A stretch of 63,829 nt of DNA, filler included, from Vannella sp. (lineage: Eukaryota), in assembly GCA_023345925.1 (NCBI GenBank). It is 6 parts of 6 records of this genome, joined end to end, with 100 filler letters (N's around TTAATTAATTAA, not from the genome) between each part and the next. Parts side by side here need not be neighbours in the genome. Positions count along the whole stretch, not along the records: positions 40,967 to 56,114 come from JAJQQN010001237.1; positions 56,215 to 63,829 come from JAJQQN010000007.1; 4 more parts are not named here. One strand, given 5' to 3'. Position 1 is the first letter of the stretch, and the number at the start of each line of letters is the position of its first letter. The notes beneath the pieces are model-generated. The model saw nothing but the letters and a program-made list of their open reading frames with translations, had not been told where the DNA came from and ran no database searches. Shown in pieces: positions 45,785 to 56,309 of the stretch. Both the position numbers and the translations under genes were made by a program.

Positions 45785-48700
45785 TCAATCGTCAGCTGTG
45801 TCACGGGTTTGCAAGGTGGCCTCAATGATATCTGGGAAATCTCGTTCCGAAAGCAGGATATCATCAACCCTGATCTTCCATTCCGACTCCTTGTCTGGGA
45901 GTGTGGCGGCAATCAAAAGATTTTGTTTGTAGCTGAGCAAAGATGATCGAAAATATTCGGCAGGTGCGCTCATGTCCCTCGAGATGAAAACAGATTGTTG
46001 GCAATCCGTAATGTTGCGATAGACGTTGACCAGAGAGACCTGTTTCAGGTTTCCCGCTTGATTTTTGTTCGCGTTTTTCAGATTGGAGAACTTGTGAGCA
46101 TAAGCTAGGAAGGCGTACTCTTCATCCAGTTTGAAAAACACCAAGCCATCCAAATGGCACTTCTTTGCTGGTGTGACAACAAAGCCTTCAATCACCCACT
46201 CCATCTTGTGGTGTATGAGGTAAGCAATCACTCCATTCAAAGAAAGAGAATTCTCTCCGAAGGTCAGATTAAGGAGAATGCGTGGATCATCGGCTCTCAG
46301 TGGAACGCAGTCTTTTCGGTTCGCTCTGTACTGATTCAATCTTTGACGAATGGTCTTTTCTTGGAGAAACTGCTTCTTATCGAACACCGAGATTCCAGCT
46401 TCCTCTGCAAATTGATGCAACATCTCGGTACTCAAATCATCCAGAGGAAGCAATTGCGTCTCTTCTGCACCTTTGGGACTCTTCACAATTAATTGGGAGT
46501 AATCTGGTTCGTCCTTCTTTCTCTCTTGCAGTACCTCATGGATAAAGGTTGAGAGTGTCATCAAAACCTTCTTTTCAGCATCATTGCACCTGTGATTAAC
46601 TTCCGACAATCGAAGAGAAAGACTGTGGAGACCGACAATCAATCCTCTGATTTCGCACTTTGCCTTAGATTTCAACATTTTGAAGGATTTACCATTCTTA
46701 CAGATCTTTGCAGTCTTGAAGAAAGGCCATTCGCTGATTGCCTCCCATTTCAAAGAACAATAGCGGAGAAATAGAGCAAAGAATTGGTCACCAATTGACT
46801 CACTCTGTTGTCGATAAGTGCCGTGAGCCAACTGCAAGAGAGATAATAAGCTGCTCTTCATCTGTTCAGGGTGATCCTGAGAAATGGTTCTGACAACGCG
46901 TCTAGTGAAGTGCTCGTTTGTCACAAATTTGATTCTTGAATTGAACGCAGAACTCCTTGAATAGGCACAAAGACCTGAGGTCAAAACACTTTCGCGAAGC
47001 TCTTCCCGGCCTCGAAATATGAGACTCTCTTGGAACAGAAAGGTGTCCTCCACATTGTAGCTCAAAAAGTCCAGTAATGCGTAAACTTGGCAGAAGTTGT
47101 CGTCTGAAGTGGGCAAGAGCTGGGTTCCCAGGTTGAGCACCATGTCAGCAGCGGACTCTTCCATGTGGTCTTTGGTAGCTTTGCAGAGATCCTCTTCAGT
47201 TACAGAAGAAGGCGAGAATTGACTGTCAAAGAGCGTTATCCAAGTGGAAATCATTCCCGCCAGAAATCGCCGGCGGAGTGGCAAGTATTGCACGAAGTCA
47301 ACAGACTCAATGTGCATTTTCAATAACGGAGGGATCTTGAAGCAAACCTCGAGTAATTTGATCACATCGCCCGGAGTTTGGATCAGCGCTTCTCCAATAG
47401 ACTGTTCGAGATTCTTGAAACCCTTATGGCCGCCAATATTAGCTCTAGTAGGCTCTGAAATAAAGGATGGCAAGAGAGCCGTTCCAATAGTCACCATTGA
47501 TTCCCTTTGGCAGATGCTCGAAAGAGTGGCGTCAGTCAAAAGTGAGAGGAGAGAATCCTTTCTGAGGGATCCATTCACTGTCACAACCTCATGTCCGATC
47601 AAACAGCCCTGCCTGACAAACACGCCAGCTTTGTCAATGAAGACAGGTAAAGCGCAATTGCCCAGGCTGCCTTTCAATTCAGCCAAGATCTCTAGGCTTA
47701 AGTCAGCAAGGCGACCCGGTCGGTAGTAAAGAAGGGATGGATGAGAACGGAGTAATTGGGAGAAAGCTTCCTGAAAAACGAGTGTGTTTCCATTCATCTG
47801 CCATGACAAGAAGACATGAGCTGGGGGAATCTTTTTGTACGTCTCTTTGTAATTTTCCACCAGGCGAATCAGCATGAACAACCGTGACATGATGGCAATG
47901 TGGATGTAGTTGGTCGCATAAGCATGAAATCTGAATGATTGAGCAGGAGTCGGCCTGTTGTTACAAAGCGTCAAAATAGTTTCATAGAGTTCGCCCATTT
48001 GGTGGTCAGATGATCCAAGAGCGGTTCCTATTTCCATCTTCTGAGTACAAACCAAATAGATGCCATGACGCTTTGCGAGAGCTCGGAAGACAGCAGACGA
48101 TTTCCCAGTTGCTGATGCTGCTACGATGTTGCCATATCGGCTATCGTCTCCGTCTATGAAGAAATTGCCAATGGGAACGTCGAGATCACTTTCCCAAGGG
48201 ATTTCAGGAAATGCTGCCATGATCCATGTGAGGACTTGCCCTTGTTCATTCGTTGGAACAAATTCAGATTTCCCATCTTCGAACATTGGATGACCAGAAA
48301 TGAAGCCCGTAGAAGGGAGGACTGAAGGGTTGACGGGAAGAGACAATTTGAGCGCTTTGTCAAACACGGTCATCACATCTTCCTTGGTGATTGCATCACA
48401 TGAATGTAACTCTGATAAAGCCTCCAAACAATGATCGATTTCCAATTGAAAACGCCTTGATGAACATTCCACGTCGTCTCCCCGCCTCAACTGATTCAGA
48501 ATCTCTATCAAATATTGACCGGTTCCGCTCTCCAGTGGCTCAGACATGTACGGCAGGGTTCTTTCATGGTTGATCGTTCCTGCTAACTCTTCTAAGTAAT
48601 GTCCGGCCCCTGGCAGGGTTCTTTCATGGACGATCGTTCTTGCTAACTCTACTAAGTAATGTCCGGCCCCTGTTGATTCGAAAGTTCGATTAGAAACCCC

Positions 48701-49221
48701 TACTAATCCACTCTCAGAGTGACCACCTACAATGCAAACCCGCCCTGGCGATTCGAATAAGACCATCTGTCAAGCGCTGAGGTGCATTGAATGTGAATCT
48801 GAACTTTTGTGGAGACTCTTCTTTCGAAGGTTCCTCTCTGTTTGGGTCTAGCGGTAAGATCGGGATGAGTTGGCTATCAGGGTTGGAGTGTGCGCTATTA
48901 GAGACCCGAACCTTTGGGATTAGATCGTTTCCGTGCAGGAAACTCGGAATCTTCCGATGAACCAGCCAGGTCTTTGCGGTTCCTTTTCCCCAGTTCTCTG
49001 TCAACCAGTTAGAGAAGAAAGATTGAGGAAAGGAATGCGCTGGCGACTTACACAACACTAGCAACCTCCGGAACCACCAAAGCAGCAAGGGGTATACCCC
49101 TTGAGTGGAGTGATTCCCCATCCTCATCCAAAGAACGACCGTTCCTTCAACAGAGCATCAGTAGAACAAGCGAGAGGAACCAACAAAAAACTCACCCACC
49201 GGTGTTGGAAGAGTTGGGCAT
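45785..49221 (-). CDS. Large P-loop NTPase + C-terminal PD-(D/E)xK-like nuclease protein (Crinkler/CR-effector-like); main exon 45785-48766 plus small 5' exons
   Basis: Walker A-like IVAASATGKSSAVF followed by HGIYLVC. Walker B-like PVFIDKA. C-terminal PAKKCHLDGLVFF...AFLAYAHKFS. Upstream GTGAGT/GTAAGT-bounded exons give MPNSSNTGGNGRS...GKRNRK...ARKRSNPK (NLS-like). Confidence 0.65.
48552..48671 (-). repeat. 60-bp in-frame tandem duplication (56/60 identical)
   Basis: GAGHYLVELARTIVHERTLP / GAGHYLEELAGTINHERTLP, plus a degenerate third copy GTGQYLIEIL. Confidence 0.92.
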
Positions 49222-49564
49222 CAAAAAATGGCAAGAAATGAAACGAGAGGATTCACCGGCTTCATCCTGGCCATCGGTTTGAAAAGTACCTAAAATCAAC
49301 CGGGACCCTTACCATTGAATTTTTTATATGTTTTGTTTAGGGGTGCTTTTTGGGGCTCATTTTGATCATCCCAAACGATGGAAAAGTGGCTCAGAAGGTG
49401 ATTTTATATGTTTTAGAGAGTTTCATCTTGTGACTTTACAATCAATTGGGGAAACTGACCTTGAATTGGTTGGACTGTTTGGCCGCTATTTGTGTGCCAT
49501 CGCGGAGTGGGTGGCTGCTGGGTCGTTGGGTGGAGGGCTGACTGTGGGATCGTGTAGAAGGGTG

Positions 49565-52318
49565 ATGGGATCGACAGGGAAGGAGAAGGATGGGGTTGGG
49601 GTTTGCTCGTGGCCAGCAGCGTCCTTTGTAAATGCTCAGGCTTTGTACACGGAGATGATTGAGTTGTTTACGCGCGCTCCAGAGTAAGTTGGATCCTCTC
49701 TCTCTATCTCTCTCTCTCTCTCTCTACCTCTGCTTCTCCTGCTTCTCCTTCTTCTTCGAGTGTGGGATCTAACGCGGACGGCAGAATGATCCACACACTG
49801 CTTCTCGTGATGAATCCTGGAGAGCTGGATGAGTTTGCACCCAGCATCGTTCGCTTGCTCTCCAAAAGCGACGGGATCCTGCCTGTTTTCCAGCTCCTGT
49901 TAGAAGACGACTCGACTGTTTGTGGAGAAGGCTTCTCCGTTGACCCACAGACTGCTGTCAATAAGCTTTGTACAGCTTTTGCAAGTAAGTACTCCATCCA
50001 ACATACTAAGAGTGATCTGCTCAGCATCTCTCCTCGAAACTAGGAATGATCGGCTTTGATTACCTCTCCTCGCTTCTATCCGACTTTGTAACGGATGTTT
50101 GCAGCCAAGAGAGTCTTGATCTTGAGATACAAAGCAGGTGTGATCCTCTAAGTGGAGAAAGGACTGTCTCTGACGTCGTAATAGCAAGTTAACTGCCGCG
50201 GAAAGGTTCACTGCTGACGACCCCGCGCTCTTACGGCTGGTGGAAGAGAACCAAGACTATCTAGCACACTATGTTCGTGCACTCGTAGACCGCATCGTCG
50301 ATCCTGCCATGGCTCAGCTCATCCCCAATGAGTTAAGGTAAGCTCTTAGTCCCCTCCTTTCAGAGCGCCCTCTCCGAGCAGGAAACTCACTTTCGAAGGC
50401 ATATCGCGTTATTCTCAAAGTCTTCGCAGCGCAGTGAGGCTCTGGTGAGTGAGATTCTGATCTTCAAACTCATCTCGCCCGCCATTGTCTCGCCTGAAGC
50501 CTTCCACTTGCTTCCTGCTGATCTCCTTCCTTCTCGCAAAGCTCGAAGGAACCTTGTATTGATCACAAAGCTCCTGCGCAACTGCACATCGGGACACTTG
50601 ACAGGGAGAGAAGAGAACTACATGAAGGCCATGAACTCTTTCACCACTGAGATGCAGCCAATCTTGAGCGAACACATTGCCCAAGTTTGTCGTACTCCTC
50701 CTCAAGCTAATACGCGCCTTTCTGGTTCATCAGCAACATCTGGGGAAGGAGTTCATGCCTTCGAGCTTCCACATTTGCTGGATATGCATTTATGCCTTCT
50801 CTATTGCAAGTCCCGACTCACTGAAGTACTACAGAAGGAGTCCTCATCTATTCTACCTGGGCTCCGACAATCAGCGGTCGAGTTTCTGTCCAGTCTCGGA
50901 CCAGCCCCATGCATTTTAGGGGTGAAAGGAGTCAAATCCATTCCCTGGCGAGCAGCAAACCGAGGTCGCAGTGCTTCTTTTGATTATGAGAGCGTTGGTA
51001 GTGTCACTGGTGAAGTCATCCGCAAAGATTCAGAATCTGACGCATCAGAAAGTGATCTGATTTCCTTGGAAAGCTCTTCTTTGGATAAGGCTGGCTTCTT
51101 CTTTGTTGGGCCAAACTCAAGAGAGGGATTGCCAGTCCTGTACATCATTGCTAACAGGGTTAGACCGGAGATATTCCGGAATGTGGACGTTCTTATCACC
51201 TACGTCTATCAAATACTGACTTATGTGGGGACTTCTCGCTATTTGGTCGTCATCGACATGTCTTGGACACGCTTTTCTGATGATCTGAAAGAGCTCCTCT
51301 ACACACAACTGCAGAATATCTTCTCTGTGATGGAACATCGCATCCGGAAGAACTTAGCGCGGATCTTCATTGTCCATCCTTCGGCATACACTCGAGCCGT
51401 CATTCGCTTTGCAAGGCAGTTCACTTCTTCAAAGTTGAAAGCCAAAATTGTTGAAATCTACAATTGGCAAGCTCTCGAGTCTGACATCAACTTGGAAGAC
51501 ATTGCCATTCCAGAGACTTCGAAAGATTTTATCACGAAGACATACGGCGCCTCCAAGGTCAATGCCAAAGGGAAGAGCCAAAAGAGGCTCATCAAATTCA
51601 CAGCAACTTCCATTCTTAACATTGATCCCCGCACCAAACGCATCCAAAATGAGAGGGAAATCAAGAACTTTGGGCAGATTGATGCGCGTGTTGACGGTGC
51701 GGAGATGCAAATTCATTTTGCGAATGCGACGCCTTCTTTATCTCGCCGCTTCTCTGGAAAGAAGGGAACAAGCGGTGACTTATTGCTAAGAAAGTACGTT
51801 TTTGATACTGCACAAGAACGTGATGAAGTCCTCCTGGAAATCTTCAGAACTGCCTTCTACGCCTCTGCATGTCAATATCCCCAAGAGTACAAAGTCACCA
51901 AGATCAACAAGCGCGGACGACATCAAGAGCGTCTCTTCAAACTGACTTGCGATTCACTGCTCAATCTAGATGGCACTTTGATTAAGGTTTGTAGAATTAG
52001 ATCGAGGAAGGGCGAAGACTTCTCACTTACAATGGTCTTAGTCGGAGATCAGTTTCGCTGGAATAGGATCAGTCTGGAAAGATGAGAAGAAAGAAGATGT
52101 TATTTGGATGCAATTCAAGTCAGAAACGTACCAGCGAAAGGTTGTTTGCAAGGACGCTGCCAATCTGTTGGCAGCTCTTAAAGAGGGAGTGGAGCGCTAT
52201 CGAACTCAAGAAGACGGCCAGGATAAAGAGGCTGTCCATGCAGGGTTCGGACAAACCTCCACAGGTGAGATTCTAAATCCTCTGGCTCACTGCTCACTCC
52301 CATCCAGAGCTGCTTTAA
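49565..52318 (+). CDS. RasGAP-domain + CRAL-TRIO/Sec14 (BCH-like) + tandem PH-like protein (neurofibromin-like architecture), multi-exon
   Basis: GAP fold (IPNELR, IFKLISPAIVSPEAFHLL, RRNLVLITKLLRN, ENYMKAMNSF). Sec14-like RIRKNLARIFIVHPS. Two KVNxKGKxQxRLxKxT repeats. Last exon ...STELL*. Confidence 0.85.
49696..49725. repeat. Intronic (CT)n microsatellite
   Basis: ctctctctctatctctctctctctctctct inside the first intron of the RasGAP-domain gene. Confidence 0.8.
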
Positions 52319-52384
52319 ACTCACCAGATTTACATGTCCTCAATGAAAAGCCTCTTCTCTCTTGTCTTCGGTGTTCAATTGCCT

Positions 52385-53842
52385 TTATTGCTGTTCCTCT
52401 TCCTCCTCCTGTCCAGGGATAAAGGGATCCGCCTTCTTGTCAGCAGGAGTGGGGAAGCCAGCAGAAGCCGCTTCCTTTTCTTGAGTCAGAACGGCCCAAG
52501 TGCGCCCCACAAACAAAGCCGAAAAGACCCAAACGCCAACCCACGCAAAGCCGATGAGAGTGCCAAAGTGGAGGAGACTGTCAATCGAGTATTTGATCTG
52601 GTCTACACTGAAAGCGCCCAGTGCCTTTGCCGAGCGACCGCCAAACATGTCAATCCAACTCTTGACTTTGAATTTGACATCTGGGTTCGTTGGGATGTAA
52701 AGCATCTCTTTGGTTGGGTTGTTCAGAGCATAGGAGAGTCCTTTCAGACACACTTGAGCTGCAAAGACTACAGAAAGGACGGGGAAGAATAAGACACTGC
52801 CCAGGACCAGTGCCACTGCACAAGGGAAGATGAGAAGGCACACCCGTAACCCCAAGCGGCGAAGTAGATAACTAGTGCCAAGGAGGGCGATACAGAATGA
52901 TAAGGAGTTGACTGCTACACCAAAGGAAGCGACGAAGGAAGTGTAAGACTCGGTGGAAGGATACACTTCTTTGGCCAACATCTTCATCTGGTAGTCCATG
53001 ATAGTCCCCACCACTTCATAGATGGTAGATATGGCAAAGATACCAAGAAGGTACTTCTGAGTGAGAAGCAACTGCAAGCCAATGAAGAGCCCAGTCGACT
53101 TCTTCTTGGTGGCGACGCTGTCATCCGCATTGGACTGGACTTCTTCGACTCCTACTCCACTCTAACGATGCCATACTATGAGAGAATGTATGTGCTGCTT
53201 TGAGGAGGGGCCACCTACCATGTACACGGAGGTGAGGACAAGAACAAGTAAGATCTCGAGTACAGCGATGAAGAAGAGGACGGGGATGGAGAAGAACGCT
53301 GATTGGGTGGCAAGAGAAGGTCCAATGATAGATCCTACTTGTCCACCAGTGATTATAAGGGGATATCCCTTCTTCGCAGACGCAGCAGCCGTGGAAGAGG
53401 TCACAAACGACCAGAACAGCGCCACGCAGATGCTCCCGAAGCTCTCAATGGTAAAGTAGGTGAACCAACCCAAGAGACGATCAGGGCTACTCTCATGGTT
53501 GCCCAGACCCATCTCTGGAAGCGTCAAACAGAAGGCGATGAGGGCAAAGATGGCCGCGTAGGTCCCACAGATGATGTAGATCAGCTTATGACGTGGGAAC
53601 ATGTCTACCATCTTACTATACACCAAGATAAGCGGAATGATCACCGCAAAGGAGATCATCTTGGCGTTAGGAAGGTACTCCAACCCCACAATCGTGTAAA
53701 ACACGCCATCCTTCAACGGACGCAGTAGCCAGTAGCTCCCTATGAGGTTAAAGAACATCATCGCCAGAATGCCAAACTTGCGGATCTCAAAAGGACTCAA
53801 ATCACCCCAAAGGTACCGACATGGCGCTGGCAGCTCCTGCAT
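52385..53842 (-). CDS. NTT/TLC-family ATP/ADP (nucleotide) translocase, 2 exons
   Basis: IGSYWLLRPLKDGVF, ESFGSICVALFWSF, AKKGYPLI..GGQVGSI, VVGTIMDYQMK, KGLSYALNNPTKEMLYIPT..DVKFKVKSWIDMFGGRSAKA. About 12 hydrophobic segments. Phase-0 intron 53218-53162. Confidence 0.9.
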
Positions 53843-54252
53843 CGCCCACTCGCACCCGAAAAACTGACTTCCTGGCCTCCTCGTGGCCTTGGCTGGAACT
53901 CAAGACATGCAAGCTCTACACACGAGTGGTTCTAGCTCCAGAATGGCCGGACTTAAGAGGAGGGGAGACAGAACAACCAACGGAACCTCTCACGACCGGC
54001 GTACGGTGACTTGGCGATGGATTGGCACTGGCCACGTGTCTCTGACTCCGGTTAGAGTACCGCTCTTGTCAGAGGGATGGGAAGGAGGGAAGGCAGAGAA
54101 GTGTCCGAGTGAGTGCGCCATTGAGGATGCTTTGAACTCTTCCCTTCGCTTCCAGTACCAGTGAAGACTGTTTTAATGGGATAGCTAATGCTACCACTGG
54201 ATAGCGTGTAGCTGGATGGGCGGGGCGGGACAAGGTTTCAGTGGGAATGACT

Positions 54253-55745
54253 TTAAGATTGGTTGATCCAGCCCGCTGATTCGATAAAGTCGAAGATTGC
54301 ACTCACTTTGCTCACATCTGATCCCGGAGAAGTGAGTGGGAGAAGGAGAGAGGAAGAGGTGTCCGTTCGAACCTATTTTCGTGAGGAATCGAGCCGTGCT
54401 CTTGAGCAAGTTTCCCTCTTTCTCGTATTCGCGGATTAAAGCCTCTTTGATGAGAACGTAATGTGAAGGATGGAGTAGTAAGGACTCGCAAAGCTTGAGG
54501 AGGCTGGTCAGTAACAAAGTGACTTAGTGACTTGGTCACTTACTTGGCGCTCTTCGATCGATAGCAAGTCGTATCCGGGCTCTCCTGTGATATCGAAAGG
54601 CTCTAAAGGAGAGCCATCATCCTCTGTACCATCTCCTTTGTCCCGATTGACCCAGCGACTTCCTCGCTCCTTCGAACGCTCTGGAAAGCCGTAAATGTTC
54701 GAACTCTCCCTCCGCTGCTTGCGGATCTGCGTGTCTCTACGACGGCACTGGTTCTCAAAGGCTGTAGCATCACTCATCGTGCGTATGCCCTTCTGCCTGT
54801 AGCTTACAAGCTTGTCAATCCGCTTCTGGATCTCCTGCTCTGCACTGAGGTCTTGGACGAAGTCCTCCAGCTGATCGTTATCAGAGAACTGAAGGACCTT
54901 TCGAACTCGTCGATAGATGTCCTTGTCCTCCTTGGTACGCCGACGATCTCGCGCCCCCATCTTCTTCAAGTCCATTAACTGGTTCTCTACGATGAACTTG
55001 CGCTGTCTCTCTCGTTCATCCAATCGTTGGTTGTACATGTGAAGTGTAGCAAGCTTCATCTCGCGCTCCAGCGGCGTGTCGTCCTCGTTAAAGGACATAT
55101 GAACGAGAAGTTGCTCGGCATCGTTGTCGTGCTCGTACTCGAACTCGCCCCGCTTGGGCATGTACCCCGCCAGGTCTTGTTCAATCGGTTGGGAACCTCC
55201 TGTCTTAGCCTTACGCGGAACTCTGGCGGGAACAGGAGTCTCTCCACGTTCTTGGACCTCCTCGATCTCCTCCTTCGTGAAAGTGACGGTTATGTCAGGC
55301 AGGGGGTATGTAGGGACCTCGATGTACTTGTTAAAGTAGTGGTAGCTCACTTCTTCGGGTGTCTTCGTCCCTATGTGCTCTGCAATGTCCTCCCAGTTGC
55401 CCATCCCGTTCATTTCGATTCCTTCTAAGAGGAGAAGCTCTTCCGAGGCCATCCACTCTGCATCGATGACAGGAAAGTTCAAACGGTCCTACGTTACACT
55501 GTAAGGAGCCTACCCCTTGACACAGGAGGGAGAAAGGAGAGGAGGGAGCTCACCATGACGAAGTAATCGTGCGAGTGAAGGTGTTGCTGGATCTCCACGC
55601 CAACAGAGAAGCACTCCACACATAGGTCAAAGTCAGCACACTCTGCGCATCGAATACGGATGGTATGAGAGATATCTCGGCTGCAATAGTCGCAGTGGTA
55701 CTGAGAGGTCTTCGGAGCGCTTCCTGTCTTGCCCTTGCCACTCAT
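54253..55745 (-). CDS. ADA2: Transcriptional adapter ADA2 (ZZ, SANT, SWIRM), multi-exon
   Basis: YHCDYC..RIRCAECADFDLCVECFSVG, WMASEELLLLEGIEMNGMGNWEDIAEH, GYMPKRGEFEYEHDNDAE, and SWIRM ending IFDFIESAGWINQS*. Confidence 0.96.
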
Positions 55746-55802
55746 AATGGCTCTCTGATGCTCCCAAACTCCTCCTTTCATTGATTGGGAGCGCATTGGG
55801 GG

Positions 55803-56114
55803 ATGCTGGCGACGGACGAACTTGATCCCGTAAGAAGGGACGATGCTGAGGCTCTTGCTGACGTGTGGTGGGGTCTAGTTTGGCTACGATGAGGTCAAAC
55901 TGAACTTTCCACCGGCTGTGATGGAGAAGGTTGCCAAGATGAAGCAGAAGACGGACTTGGTCTTCGCTCTTTTCGATCTTCCTCGCACGGAGTGCGTCAT
56001 TCAAGGTCTCTTTGCAGTTCTTCTTTGAGGAGAGTGTTGAATTGATGGTTGGGTACCAGACTATCGGTGTTCTATGCGTGCTGCAGAGATAGAAGCGAAC
56101 GGGAAGATGTTCCT
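55803..56114 (+). CDS. GRAM-domain protein, 5' portion (truncated at contig end)
   Basis: Spliced reading MLATDELDP|FGYDEV...LFDLPRTECVIQ|DYRCSMRAAEIEANGKMF matches the GRAM start F.LP..E..I.DY.C......GR.Y. Confidence 0.72.
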
Positions 56115-56214
56115 NNNNNNNNNNNNNNNNNNNNNNNNNNNNNNNNNNNNNNNNNNNNTTAATTAATTAANNNNNNNNNNNNNNNNNNNNNNNNNNNNNN
56201 NNNNNNNNNNNNNN
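56115..56214. other. Artificial contig linker
   Basis: N44-TTAATTAATTAA-N44. Confidence 0.98.
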
Positions 56215-56309
56215 AGCGTGGCCCGCGTCGGACAGCCAAGAAAAAAGGAGGTTACATGGTGCATTCTTGGTCAGGATGAGGGCCAGGGTCAAAGAGAGGT
56301 CATTCCTTG

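Noticed and set aside
41645..53842. Bacterial contamination as the source of the acyltransferase and NTT genes
   Set aside because: Both lie on one contig with intron-containing eukaryotic genes, and the NTT gene itself has a spliceosomal intron.
55633..56004. Minus-strand 123-aa ORF upstream of ADA2
   Set aside because: It overlaps the ADA2 start out of frame. The plus strand gives a spliced GRAM-domain reading with good splice sites.
9963..56214. Five repeats of TTAATTAATTAA flanked by N runs
   Set aside because: Artificial 100-nt six-frame-stop contig linkers, not biological repeats. Gene neighbourhoods across them are meaningless.
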